A stretch of 64,000 nt of DNA from positions 62,001 through 126,000 of the forward strand of contig MFPR01000043.1 of NCBI GenBank assembly GCA_001784175.1, read 5' to 3'. This DNA is from Candidatus Lindowbacteria bacterium RIFCSPLOWO2_12_FULL_62_27 (GTDB taxonomy: Bacteria; Lindowbacteria; 2-12-FULL-62-27). Below, piece after piece: positions 20,436 through 29,887 of the stretch. The notes under the pieces were generated by a model that was not told the origin of the DNA, made no database searches, and worked only from the letters and a program-made list of their open reading frames with translations. The number at the start of each line of letters is the position of its first letter. Within the stretch, counting starts at the first letter, position 1. The translations under genes were made by a program, and so were the position numbers.

Positions 20436-20695
20436 TCAATTTTTCTCCTTTCTTTGTCCGTCAGCGGACGGGTATGGATAACGAAAAAAGCCCCATCGTC
20501 GTCTGTCACATATGCCACCTGAAGCCACCGATCCCTGTTTGACTTCCCTCGGACAACATACGCCCCGCGGCTTTTTCTCGGATACCCCATCGCCAGATTC
20601 GAAAAAATGGATTCCACCTCCTCCGGCGTCATGTCCCGCAGATGCTTGACAATCTTCTCGAGGTTCCAGTCGTTCCAGCGGTAATTTGGATTCAC
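20432..20695 (-). CDS. BrnT-like toxin
   Basis: WNDWNLEKIVKH...TPEEVESIF...GKSNRDRWLQVAY...VIHTRPLTDKERR. Confidence 0.8.
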   Translation of the reverse strand: MNPNYRWNDWNLEKIVKHLRDMTPEEVESIFSNLAMGYPRKSRGAYVVRGKSNRDRWLQVAYVTDDDGAFFVIHTRPLTDKERRKIE

Positions 20696-20702
20696 CACCC
20701 CC

Positions 20703-20730
20703 ATTTTACGTAGTATTTACTATTTGTCAA
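20703..20730 (-). promoter_or_regulatory. brnT/brnA promoter with operator-like palindrome
   Basis: TTGACA, 16 nt, TAAAAT; the spacer contains near-palindrome TAGTAAATACTA. Confidence 0.65.
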
Positions 20731-20734
20731 TACC

Positions 20735-20845
20735 AATTTTGTTTTGCAGTTGCAAATTGCAACTTCAAAGAGTCGTACTCCTCCCGAGTCAGCCGGAACA
20801 CGAAACCCTCGGGAAATCGGTCCGTGTTTCTATTGACCTGCTGTC
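20735..20845 (-). pseudogene. ORF6N-domain (phage antirepressor-like) gene fragment
   Basis: Minus strand reads QQVNRNTDRFPEGFVFRLTREEYDSLKLQFATAK, the ORF6N core; no N-terminus recognisable. Confidence 0.7.
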
Positions 20846-20942
20846 GGAAGTATTTTCCGATGCTTGTTCGGAATCGCGCCGAACTTTCGTTATATAAAGT
20901 AGAGGCGTTGAGGCGCCTTAAAAACGAAAGGGAGGTGCTTGA

Positions 20943-23324
20943 ATGGCGAGCCGCTGTTCGCTGGGCATTGATCTTGGTACATCGCGATCGGGCATTGCCC
21001 GGGCCTCGGTTGAGAAGACGCCTTTTGAGGTCAGGGCGCTGCCGCTTGGGAAGGTGGCCGACGGTAGGCCATCCTACAGAATGCCGTCTGTTCTTTCAGT
21101 CAATCATGGGATGGGTAGATATCTCGTTGGCGAGGATGCCGGCAGGGTTGACGGATCCAAAGGATTCAAAACATTTGCGTCTGCCAAGTCTGACCTGACC
21201 GGCAATCGCATCTACTTCGGCGGGCTGGGATCGATCTTCGTCAAGCCGTCCAACGTCCTTGCTGAAATTATTATGGAGCTTCAAAGCCGAGCGGCGCCGG
21301 CGCTCGGGATTGACGCGCGGACTCTGCCCACAACCATCGCGGTCCCCGCCTCCCTGCCCTACGATGGCCGGAAAGAAATCCTGGATGCGGCGCGGAAAGC
21401 CGGCTTGCCTGTCCGGGAAGGAGATCTTGTCGAAGAACCTGTCGCCGTATTGCTCGATTCCATATTTGGACCGGCCGGCATTCTGCCGAAGAATCCGACG
21501 GGTCCCATGCGCGTCGCCGTCTATGACATCGGTGCCGGCACATGCGATGTTGCGGTTTTCGAGCTGGATATGACGCATCGGAATGGAACCGGCCAGGATT
21601 TTCGTATTAAACCCCTCGCCATTGGTGACTATGATCGTCTGGGAGGCGATAACTTCGACATCGAAATAGCGCGCAAGGCCCTCATGCCGCAGGTTATGGG
21701 TGAACGAGGGCTTTCACCGGAAGAAGCGAGGCTTTTCATCAAACAGAATCGCCTTGTCGCAAAATGCCTCAAAGAAGAGCTTTGCCGGGCGATTGAAACC
21801 GTGTTGCTTCGAGACAACCGGCAATGCGCAAAAGTTCCGCCGATGGAATATCCGGCGCTGAAAGTGACCGGCAGGACAAATGAGGTTCCTGGCACAGATT
21901 TGATCATACCCGCAAAGGACGTTACCCTCACAACGGAAATGATGCTGCTGGCCCTGCGTCCATTCCTATCGCCGGATGCGGATGAAGGCGAAATTGAAGA
22001 AGGCCGTTGGGTCGGATCTCTCCTGGGACCGCTCGAGTTCGCGCTGATCCAGTCTGATATTGACCCGGAAACCGAACTGGACTTTCTCATTCTGTCCGGC
22101 GCCTGTTGTCGAGCCCCCTTTGTTCCCTATGTCATCAGCGCGTATTGCGCCCAGATCGGGATTCCACCTGGAAAAATCCGACATGCGGACCTGGACCTCT
22201 CTGTAGAACGCGGCGCGGCCATTCATGCCGGCGTCCTTGCGCTGACCGGACATCCGCCTATCGCTCCTGTCCTTGGTGAGGATATCGGCCTCTGGGTCTA
22301 TGGCAACCGTCCAGAGCTGATTGTAGAGGCGGGCAGAATACTGCCCTATCCACCGACGGGTGAGCAGGTGTTCGCTGACGCGTTTTTTGTCCCTGAAGAC
22401 AACTTGGATCGCTTAGTCGTCGAACTTTATGCGCGCTCACGAAAATCAAGAAAGCGCATCATCCGAAAAAGTTTCGACATCCCACAGCATACGCCTGCCG
22501 GCGCACCGGTAACGGTGTCACTCCGAATCGATGCGTCAAAAATGATTCATCTGAAAGCGGCTCTTGTCGACTATCCGGACGTTGGATTGACGATCCATGG
22601 TGAGGACGTCCGCATATCCGGCCGCGCACCCGACGAGGAGGAATGGGTGAAGTCCGCGCGAGAGAATATCCACAAGGCGGTTGAGACAACGGGGACGGCG
22701 CCTCTCAATGAACTTCTGAATCTGGCCCACGGAGAAAGTCTGCGGCACAATGAAACATCCTGGCGCAAATCGCACGAAATCCTCGACCATGTGATTGAGA
22801 ACCATCCCAGAGAAGCGCGGGCCTGGAACATTCTTGGACTCCTGCGCTGGACCGAAAACGATCTGTCCGGCGCCGAACGTGGATTCCGCAAGGCCATATC
22901 CATCGACGCTCACACTCGTTCTTACCGGACCAATCTGGGTTACGTTCTACTGGAAATGGGCCGCAGCGCCGATGCCGTTCACGTGCTTGCCGCCGCCCAT
23001 ACCCGCTGGCCCGATTATCCATATGCCGGAGAAATTTATGCGAGGGCATTGGAAGCGGAGGGAAAGTATCAGGATGCCGTCACTGCCAGACAAAAAACCA
23101 TTGTTGCATATTCAACGAGCTCAAAATCCCCCCTTCTATATGCCGGTGAAATTTCGTGGCTCGTCCGCCTATATGAAGGAATCGGAGAACGCGCGAAGGC
23201 CGATGAGATTCTGAAGCAGAAAGATCATGCATCCACACCACCGGACGTCACCGGTCCGCCGTATAAAGAAGCCCTGCTGGCCGGTCCAGATTCTCCTCAG
23301 CGTAGTCTGGCGTCGGCAAGCTGA
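20943..23324 (+). CDS. Atypical Hsp70-family ATPase with C-terminal TPR repeats
   Basis: GIDLGTSRS, AVPAS, EEPVAV, YDIGAGTCD, LGGDNFD; TPRs (AWNILGLL, YRTNLGYVL); GGAGG RBS. Confidence 0.85.
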   Translation: MASRCSLGIDLGTSRSGIARASVEKTPFEVRALPLGKVADGRPSYRMPSVLSVNHGMGRYLVGEDAGRVDGSKGFKTFASAKSDLTGNRIYFGGLGSIFVKPSNVLAEIIMELQSRAAPALGIDARTLPTTIAVPASLPYDGRKEILDAARKAGLPVREGDLVEEPVAVLLDSIFGPAGILPKNPTGPMRVAVYDIGAGTCDVAVFELDMTHRNGTGQDFRIKPLAIGDYDRLGGDNFDIEIARKALMPQVMGERGLSPEEARLFIKQNRLVAKCLKEELCRAIETVLLRDNRQCAKVPPMEYPALKVTGRTNEVPGTDLIIPAKDVTLTTEMMLLALRPFLSPDADEGEIEEGRWVGSLLGPLEFALIQSDIDPETELDFLILSGACCRAPFVPYVISAYCAQIGIPPGKIRHADLDLSVERGAAIHAGVLALTGHPPIAPVLGEDIGLWVYGNRPELIVEAGRILPYPPTGEQVFADAFFVPEDNLDRLVVELYARSRKSRKRIIRKSFDIPQHTPAGAPVTVSLRIDASKMIHLKAALVDYPDVGLTIHGEDVRISGRAPDEEEWVKSARENIHKAVETTGTAPLNELLNLAHGESLRHNETSWRKSHEILDHVIENHPREARAWNILGLLRWTENDLSGAERGFRKAISIDAHTRSYRTNLGYVLLEMGRSADAVHVLAAAHTRWPDYPYAGEIYARALEAEGKYQDAVTARQKTIVAYSTSSKSPLLYAGEISWLVRLYEGIGERAKADEILKQKDHASTPPDVTGPPYKEALLAGPDSPQRSLASAS

Positions 23325-23363
23325 AACTATCGTAAGCGACTTTGCGGCGGCTCCGCCGCCGGA

Positions 23364-24641
23364 TCAGAACGTGCCCGGCTCGACGAATCCCGACTCCGTG
23401 CCGTCCGGGGCGTAGCGGACCGAGCCCATGACGATGCCGCGGATGGGGGTTTGGTCGGAGACCGGCGTGAAGACTCGGAGGACGCGGCGGGAGAAATCGA
23501 AGGACTCGATGATGCCCATGCCCTGGCAGTGCTGTTTGGGGTCGAGGAGGCCGACGAGGACGCCGCGCTCGACGCCGCTGACGAGCGGGCGCAGGGAGGC
23601 CGTGCCGAGCAGTTTGGTGAGGGCGGCGCGGTCCCTGTCCGAGAGAGGTTTTTTGACGTAGAGGAGCGTTCCCTCATAGGCCGGGAGGCGCTCGGCCCAG
23701 ATGACCTGCGGGTGGTTGACGACGATCGGCTGGCCGCTGAAGAGGTAACAGCGGTAGAAGATGCCGGCGTCGAGCGAAAATTCCAAAATCCGTCCGTGCT
23801 TGAAATACGAGGCGCTGAGCCGCTCTCTCAATTGTTTGCGGACCTGCGGCGACGTCGGCGCCGCCTTTTTCGAGACCTTGATGCGGACGATGTGGTGCGG
23901 CGGCCGGCCACGGACCAGGTGTTCGAGTTCCTGCTCGCGCTGAAGGAGCACGACGAGGTCGGGCAGGAGGACGTCCATCTTGGCGCCCTTGAGCATCCGC
24001 CCGCCGTCGCCGTTGACCCAACCGGTCGTGTCGACGATGACGGTCGCCTCGTGCTTGAGGGCCTGCCAGGTGAGCTGCCGAACACCGATGAGGGCGTGGA
24101 CGAGATGGAGGCCCGGCGAGTGCGACCCGAGAAAATAGAGGCCGTCGACCGGCGCGTCGTGCAGGAACAACTGGGGCTGGCGCATGTAGGTCAGGCCGAA
24201 CGTGCAGGGCGGCCCGACGTCGCTCTGGCCCGCATCGCAGTCGACCACGGCGACCTTGCGGTGAAGACCGAGAAGCCGGTTGGCCATATAGGTGCAGAAA
24301 AAAGTCTTGCCGCTGTCCATTTCGCCGAGCACGAACACGACGCGCGCGTGTTCGCGGAAAATCTTGTAGACGAGGTCGTCCCAGCTCTGGGGGATGGTCC
24401 GTTCAGGAATTTTTTCAGCCGGGTTCGGGAGGGCGCTGTCGATGCGGATTTCGGCGCGTTCGCTGAATTCGACCGGTATTTTTTTGTTTTCCGGAATCTC
24501 GATGGTCTCCCCCGCGACGAGGGGCTTGCCGATCGATTCGGCCGCGCCGCGCAGGATCTCGATTCGGCTGGGGCCGCTGATGAGATAGAAACTGCCGGCG
24601 GGAATCTGAACCGGCTCGTTGGATGGGACGTTCTGGGTCAT
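23364..24641 (-). CDS. Clp1/Grc3(NOL9)-family polynucleotide 5'-hydroxyl kinase
   Basis: Walker A GEMDSGKT, DCDAGQSDVGPP, VDTTGWV, lid motif RKQLRE. Confidence 0.85.
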   Translation of the reverse strand: MTQNVPSNEPVQIPAGSFYLISGPSRIEILRGAAESIGKPLVAGETIEIPENKKIPVEFSERAEIRIDSALPNPAEKIPERTIPQSWDDLVYKIFREHARVVFVLGEMDSGKTFFCTYMANRLLGLHRKVAVVDCDAGQSDVGPPCTFGLTYMRQPQLFLHDAPVDGLYFLGSHSPGLHLVHALIGVRQLTWQALKHEATVIVDTTGWVNGDGGRMLKGAKMDVLLPDLVVLLQREQELEHLVRGRPPHHIVRIKVSKKAAPTSPQVRKQLRERLSASYFKHGRILEFSLDAGIFYRCYLFSGQPIVVNHPQVIWAERLPAYEGTLLYVKKPLSDRDRAALTKLLGTASLRPLVSGVERGVLVGLLDPKQHCQGMGIIESFDFSRRVLRVFTPVSDQTPIRGIVMGSVRYAPDGTESGFVEPGTF

Positions 24642-25069
24642 TTTCGTCGTGCAGGCGTTTTCTTGTCAAAGACCAGCGTCGGCCAGAACGCCTCCAGGGT
24701 GTCGGTGCGGAATCGCTCGATGAGGCGGACGCCGGATTTGGGAATTTTAACCCGGCCATGTTTAGCCGGCGCGCCCGGCACGTCGATCTGAACGACCGCT
24801 TTGGACCATGCTGACAGTTTGCCGGCCAGAGGCTCGCCGTGTTTGGGCCACACGACGAGGAGGGCGCCCTTGGGCGGCGGGTTGTCCATCGGACACGCTT
24901 CGAAGGCCTTTCCAAGGCACACGCCGACGAGTCCGGGATAGACGGGGATCGCGTGATAGATCCGCGCCATCTCCCGAGCGTACCAGGCCACGGCTGCCGG
25001 CGGGTACTTGTTGAGGATGGTCTCGAGCTGCTTGATCATCCCGGGAAATTCGGATTCTCTATACGTCAT
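24638..25069 (-). CDS. Hypothetical protein
   Basis: Coupled to cdd (1-nt gap) and the Clp1 gene (ATGA overlap); no recognisable motif. Confidence 0.7.
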   Translation of the reverse strand: MTYRESEFPGMIKQLETILNKYPPAAVAWYAREMARIYHAIPVYPGLVGVCLGKAFEACPMDNPPPKGALLVVWPKHGEPLAGKLSAWSKAVVQIDVPGAPAKHGRVKIPKSGVRLIERFRTDTLEAFWPTLVFDKKTPARRK

Positions 25070-25070
25070 C

Positions 25071-25472
25071 CTACAGGTCCTCCGGGCCGAACGAGTCCGG
25101 CAAGAGGTCATCGACGGTCCGGACACGATATCCGCCCCGGAGATTCGCAAGCACGACCGGCATCGACTTGCCGAACTCGCGCATGACCTGCCGGCACGCG
25201 CCGCAGGGCGAGGCGAGCCGGGTTGAATGAAAGAGCACGGCCAGCGCGCGGATCTTTTTTTCGCCGGCCGCGACCGCGTTGAAGACGGCCGTGCGTTCGG
25301 CGCAGACGGTCAGGCCGTAGGATGCGTTTTCAACGTTGCACCCGCCGTATAGTTTGCCTGACCCGCCGATGACCGCGGCGCCGACATGGAATTTCGAGTA
25401 AGGCGCATGGGCGCGCCGCCGGGCGCGGGCCGCGGTTTGGATCAATTTGCGGATCTGCGCTTTCGTTATCAT
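25071..25472 (-). CDS. cdd: Cytidine deaminase (homotetrameric type)
   Basis: APYSKFHVGAA, NVENASYGLTVCAER, PCGACRQ. Confidence 0.97.
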   Translation of the reverse strand: MITKAQIRKLIQTAARARRRAHAPYSKFHVGAAVIGGSGKLYGGCNVENASYGLTVCAERTAVFNAVAAGEKKIRALAVLFHSTRLASPCGACRQVMREFGKSMPVVLANLRGGYRVRTVDDLLPDSFGPEDL

Positions 25473-26506
25473 GCGGCCCGCCGCCGGGACGAAAACCAGT
25501 TCCGGTCAATGATCCTGCGGATCCTTGTGCGCGTCGAGTCGTCGCAGAATGCGGCATCGGCGGCGCGCCGGACGGCCGTCGCCATCTGGGCGGCGGTCAG
25601 GCCGCAGCGCCGGACGGCCATCCGGTATTCGTGGGTCAGCGTGATGTTCGACACGCCGGGATCGTCCGAATTCACCGTGACGGCGATCCCCGCGTCCGCG
25701 AGGCGTTTCAGCGGATGCGCCCGGTAACTTTTCGCGACGTGCGTCTGAACATTCGACGTCGGGCAAATTTCCAGAGTGATGTCGTGTTTTCGCAAGAGAT
25801 CCAGAACGCGCCGGTCTTCGACGCTGTGGATTCCGTGACCGATCCGCCTCGCACCCATCCGCTCGATCGCCTCCCGCACTCGGTCCGGGCCGGCGGCCTC
25901 TCCGGCATGGATGGTGACCGGAATGTCATATTTTTGCGCGAGCCGGAACGCCGGATAGTGCGGCCGCGCGGGATGGCGGATTTCGTCGCCGGCAAAATCA
26001 ACGCCGACCACGCCCCGGCCCATATACCGCCGCGCCAGCTCGACCGTCCGGATGGACGAGGCCGGCGATTCGGACCGGTAGCAGCAGAGGATCAGGCGGA
26101 CGGTCACGCCGAATTTTTTCTGGCCGCGCCGGATTCCCCGCAGGGCGCATTCGACCACGTCCTCCATCGGAAACTCGCGGGTCGCCTGAAGGACCGGCGC
26201 GAACCGGGTTTCGAGATAGACGACGTTGTCGGCCGCCGCGTCCTCGCAGATTTCGCAGGCGATCCGCTCGACGGCCCATGGGGATTTGAGGAAATCGTAG
26301 AAGAAAAAAAATTTCTGCAGAAAGTCGGCCAAACTCCGGCAGTCCCGGCCGACCTGACAGTGTGGCGCGAGTCTGCGCACACTGCGGCTGGGCAGCGGGA
26401 ATCCGCCGGCGACGGCGAGGTCGCGCAGGGTGGCCACGCGGACCGACCCGTCCAGATGGCGGTGGAGGTCGACTTTGGGAAGCGTCTTGAAATTCGCGGG
26501 GTTCAC
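25469..26506 (-). CDS. add: Adenosine deaminase
   Basis: DLHRHLDGS, HAGE, RIGHG, CPTSN, NSDDP. Confidence 0.95.
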   Translation of the reverse strand: MNPANFKTLPKVDLHRHLDGSVRVATLRDLAVAGGFPLPSRSVRRLAPHCQVGRDCRSLADFLQKFFFFYDFLKSPWAVERIACEICEDAAADNVVYLETRFAPVLQATREFPMEDVVECALRGIRRGQKKFGVTVRLILCCYRSESPASSIRTVELARRYMGRGVVGVDFAGDEIRHPARPHYPAFRLAQKYDIPVTIHAGEAAGPDRVREAIERMGARRIGHGIHSVEDRRVLDLLRKHDITLEICPTSNVQTHVAKSYRAHPLKRLADAGIAVTVNSDDPGVSNITLTHEYRMAVRRCGLTAAQMATAVRRAADAAFCDDSTRTRIRRIIDRNWFSSRRRAA

Positions 26507-27420
26507 TTTTTTTTGACAAAATATTTGTCGAGGAGGAACGCGAGCTTCGCGCGGGTTCGCGGCGGAACAAGATCCCGCGCGGTCACGATGGCGTTGGCGA
26601 GCGCGGAGTGGCACGGGCAGGACTCGTTCAGGCGTTTGGCCAGCGAGAGGATCGCCGTTCGGGCGATTCTCTTGGCGTTCTCCGCGTTTTTGAGCAGTGT
26701 CTGGATCACCATGTCGGCCGTAACGGCGTCGTGGCCTTCATACCAGCAGTCGTAGTCGGTCGGCAGTGCGCAGATGGCGTAACAGATCTCGGCTTCGCGC
26801 GCGAGTTTCGCCTCCGGCAGGGCCGTCATGCCGATGACCGATGCGCCCCAGGACCGGTGCAGGTGCGATTCGGCCTTCGTGGAGAATTGCGGGCCCTCCA
26901 TCACGACGTAGGTCCCGCCGCGGTGGACGTTCAGATGCTGTGCCTGCGCCGCGTCGTACAGCAACGCTGAGACCTTCGGGCAAAACGGATCGGCGAATGC
27001 GACATGCGCGACAACGCCCTCGCCGAAAAATGTCCCGGGCCGGTGCCGGGTCCGGTCGATGAGCTGGTCCGGAATCACGATGTCGCGGCCCGGCACGATC
27101 TCCTCCTTGAGCGAACCCACCGCCGACAGAGACAGGATCCATCGCACGCCGAGCGATTTGAGCGCGCAGATGTTCGCGCGCGAATTGACTTCGGTCGGCA
27201 AAATCCGGTGGCCCCGGCCGTGCCGGGGCAGAAACGCCACGCGCGCGCCGCCCAGCCGGCCCACGCGGATGCGGTCGGACGGTTCGCCGAAGGGCGTGTC
27301 GATTTCGATTTCCTGAAGGTCCTCGACGCCCTCCATATCATAAATGCCGCTGCCGCCGATCACGCCGATCGCCGGCGCGCTGTGCGCCGCGGCCATCTTT
27401 TTGGCCTTTGCCATGATCAC
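26503..27420 (-). CDS. mtnP: S-methyl-5'-thioadenosine phosphorylase
   Basis: GVIGGSG, PRHGRGH, EGPQFSTKAES, GMTALPEAKLAREAE, TDYDCW. Confidence 0.95.
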   Translation of the reverse strand: MIMAKAKKMAAAHSAPAIGVIGGSGIYDMEGVEDLQEIEIDTPFGEPSDRIRVGRLGGARVAFLPRHGRGHRILPTEVNSRANICALKSLGVRWILSLSAVGSLKEEIVPGRDIVIPDQLIDRTRHRPGTFFGEGVVAHVAFADPFCPKVSALLYDAAQAQHLNVHRGGTYVVMEGPQFSTKAESHLHRSWGASVIGMTALPEAKLAREAEICYAICALPTDYDCWYEGHDAVTADMVIQTLLKNAENAKRIARTAILSLAKRLNESCPCHSALANAIVTARDLVPPRTRAKLAFLLDKYFVKKK

Positions 27421-27644
27421 GCCCTCTTCTTTTTGTTCTTTAAATGTTTTCCGGCCAGCAGATCCCGCTGGAGCTTTGAGATGTCCAGCTTGCGCTTCGC
27501 GGTTTCCCGCTCATCCACGCGGATCTCGACGACGAGGCCCTCGCGGGCGCCCGCGACGTACTTGGCCGGGATTTCCAGTTGCCCGCCGTCGTCGAACTCG
27601 ATGACGGCGATGCCCTCCTCGATCCGATCAATGACGCCCTTCAT
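27417..27644 (-). CDS. DUF3006-family small protein
   Basis: VIDRIEEGIAVIE...IP...GAREG. Confidence 0.8.
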   Translation of the reverse strand: MKGVIDRIEEGIAVIEFDDGGQLEIPAKYVAGAREGLVVEIRVDERETAKRKLDISKLQRDLLAGKHLKNKKKRA

Positions 27645-29887
27645 CCGGAATTCCTTTCCGTGGCGGGCCGAACGTCCTCCAGGACCAACTGCAAGTCGAT
27701 TCGCCCTTGCCATTCGTTGCGGTCCAGCTCAAAGGCCGCGTTCACGCGGCGGCCGAGCGTGTCCGCATCGTCGCTCATGTTCCACCCGACGGCCGTCACC
27801 GCGTCGCGGGCGGTTGCGCCCAGCCGCAGCCGCAGGTGGCGGCCGTCGGCGCCGATCCGCCGGACGTCCGCCACCGGCGCGCCGAACAGCGCGAACCTCG
27901 GAAACGGATTGCCCTTGCCGAACGGCTCCAGAACGGAGATATCCTCAAGGGTGGCCATGGTCAAGTCCCCGAGCTGAAGTTCCGCGTCGATCGTCAGGAC
28001 CGGTTCCGGCATGTCCCTGAGGCGTTCAGCCACGGATTTTTTGAGCCGCTTGAAAAAGTCCGGTATGTTTTCCGGCCGGATGGTCAAGCCGACCGCCTGG
28101 TGGTGTCCGCCGAATTTCTCCAGAAGGTCCGCGCAGGTCCCGACGGCCTCGACCAGGTCCAGCGATTCGATCGACCGCGCCGACCCGACGGCCCTGCCCT
28201 CCTCCTCCATCACGATGACGACGGGCCGGGCGAACGCGTTTTTGACGCGCGCGGCGACGATGCCTCCGACGCCCGGCGGAACGCCCTCGGCGCGAACGCA
28301 GAGAATGCGGTCGGCGTCGAGGTTGTTTTGAAGCGGGACCATCTCCATCACCCGCGCGGCATGGACCTTCACCAGATCCTTTCGCTCCTCGTTCATCCGG
28401 ATGAGCTGGTCCGACAGGTATGCGGCTTCGTGATCCGACTGCGTGGTCAGCATCCGGAATGCAGGCAGCGGGTCGCCGAGCCGGCCGGGCGCGTTGAGGA
28501 GCGGGCCGAGGAGAAACGCGAGGTCCTTGCCGGTGGGCTCCGCGAGCGCCAGTTTTTCGAGGAGCCGTTTGAGGCCGATGGGTGGCGCGTGGCGCATAAT
28601 GCGGAGTCCCTCGGCCACGATGGCGCGGTTTTCTCCGACAAGCGGCATCATGTCGGCGACAGCGGCGAGCGCGGCCAGGGGCATGAGCTGTTCGTAATAA
28701 ACCTCGTCTTCAATCGATTCCCTTTCGAGGAGCTTGTAAAAGACGTCCGCGGTCGCCTGCGCGTCCGAGAGCGCGCGGTGGGCGGCGGGATTGACGACGC
28801 CGAGCGCTTCCGCCACGCGGCTGAGCTTGCGGCTGGGAAGTTCCGTGAGGGTCGAGGTTGCGACGGCCATGACGTCCAGGAAAGACGTCGACAGCCGCGT
28901 CTGGAGATGCCGGCCAAGTTCCGCGTCGAGAAAATCGCGGTCGAATTCCACATTGTAGCCGCAGAACACGGTGTCGGGGCCTTCCAGGAAACCCAATAAT
29001 TTTTTGAGCGCCGTCCGCGGCTCGATCCCGTGCGCGGCGAGGTCCTCGTCGGTGATCCCGGTGATCCGTCGGATCTCCTCCGGCAGAGGCCCTGCGGGCT
29101 TGACGAAGCACGAGAACTCGGATTGCCGGACGCCGTTGCGGTATTTGACGGCGCCGATTTCGATCACTTCGTCCTTCGCGCGGTCCAGCCCCGTCGTTTC
29201 GACGTCGACGAACACCAGCGTGCGGTTCGCGAAGGGCGACCGGCCGGCGATGAGGGCCATGGCGAGCTTGAAGGCGACCCCGGCGCCGGAAAGATGTTTG
29301 AACGGATACGTTTCGCCCGGCACGGCCGGGTGGAGGATCGCATAGGCGGGCGGCAGCGTGTCTTTCTGCTGGTGATGATCGGCGACGATGACGTCCATCC
29401 CGGCGCGGGCCGCCTCCTCGATCCGCTCGATCTCCGCGATGCCGGTGTCGACGGTGATGCCCAGCGTGCACCCTTCGCGGATCGCCCGCGCCATGACCTC
29501 GGGATGTACGCCGTACCCTTCCGACCCGGTCGGAATGTGGCTGTCGACGTCGGCGCCGAAGGCGGTCAGGACGATGCGGAGGATGGCGGTACCCGCCATG
29601 CCGTCGACGTCGCGATCACCGAAAATGAAAATCTTCTCGCCGTCCGCGATGGCCCGACGGAGTCGCGCAACGGCGCGTTCCATTTGAGTGAACAAAAATG
29701 GCGAGTGGAGATGCCGGCGTACCGGGTTTAGGAATTCCGTGGCCTCGGGCGCTGTCCGGACGCCGCGATTCACGAGAAGCCTCGCGAGAAGCGGGCTGAG
29801 TTGCAGGGCCGAAACGAGATCGTGTTCGGCGGCCGAGTCTCCGGCCGCGACCCGCCAGACCGGGGGGGCTATTTGAGAATCTGCCAT
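27641..29887 (-). CDS. recJ: ssDNA exonuclease RecJ with inserted DnaQ-like DEDDh exonuclease domain
   Basis: DHH motifs GDRDVDG, TVDTG, ADHH, VADMMPL, GSARS, GGH; insert DVETTG...NVEFD...HRALSDA. Confidence 0.93.
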   Translation of the reverse strand: MADSQIAPPVWRVAAGDSAAEHDLVSALQLSPLLARLLVNRGVRTAPEATEFLNPVRRHLHSPFLFTQMERAVARLRRAIADGEKIFIFGDRDVDGMAGTAILRIVLTAFGADVDSHIPTGSEGYGVHPEVMARAIREGCTLGITVDTGIAEIERIEEAARAGMDVIVADHHQQKDTLPPAYAILHPAVPGETYPFKHLSGAGVAFKLAMALIAGRSPFANRTLVFVDVETTGLDRAKDEVIEIGAVKYRNGVRQSEFSCFVKPAGPLPEEIRRITGITDEDLAAHGIEPRTALKKLLGFLEGPDTVFCGYNVEFDRDFLDAELGRHLQTRLSTSFLDVMAVATSTLTELPSRKLSRVAEALGVVNPAAHRALSDAQATADVFYKLLERESIEDEVYYEQLMPLAALAAVADMMPLVGENRAIVAEGLRIMRHAPPIGLKRLLEKLALAEPTGKDLAFLLGPLLNAPGRLGDPLPAFRMLTTQSDHEAAYLSDQLIRMNEERKDLVKVHAARVMEMVPLQNNLDADRILCVRAEGVPPGVGGIVAARVKNAFARPVVIVMEEEGRAVGSARSIESLDLVEAVGTCADLLEKFGGHHQAVGLTIRPENIPDFFKRLKKSVAERLRDMPEPVLTIDAELQLGDLTMATLEDISVLEPFGKGNPFPRFALFGAPVADVRRIGADGRHLRLRLGATARDAVTAVGWNMSDDADTLGRRVNAAFELDRNEWQGRIDLQLVLEDVRPATERNSG

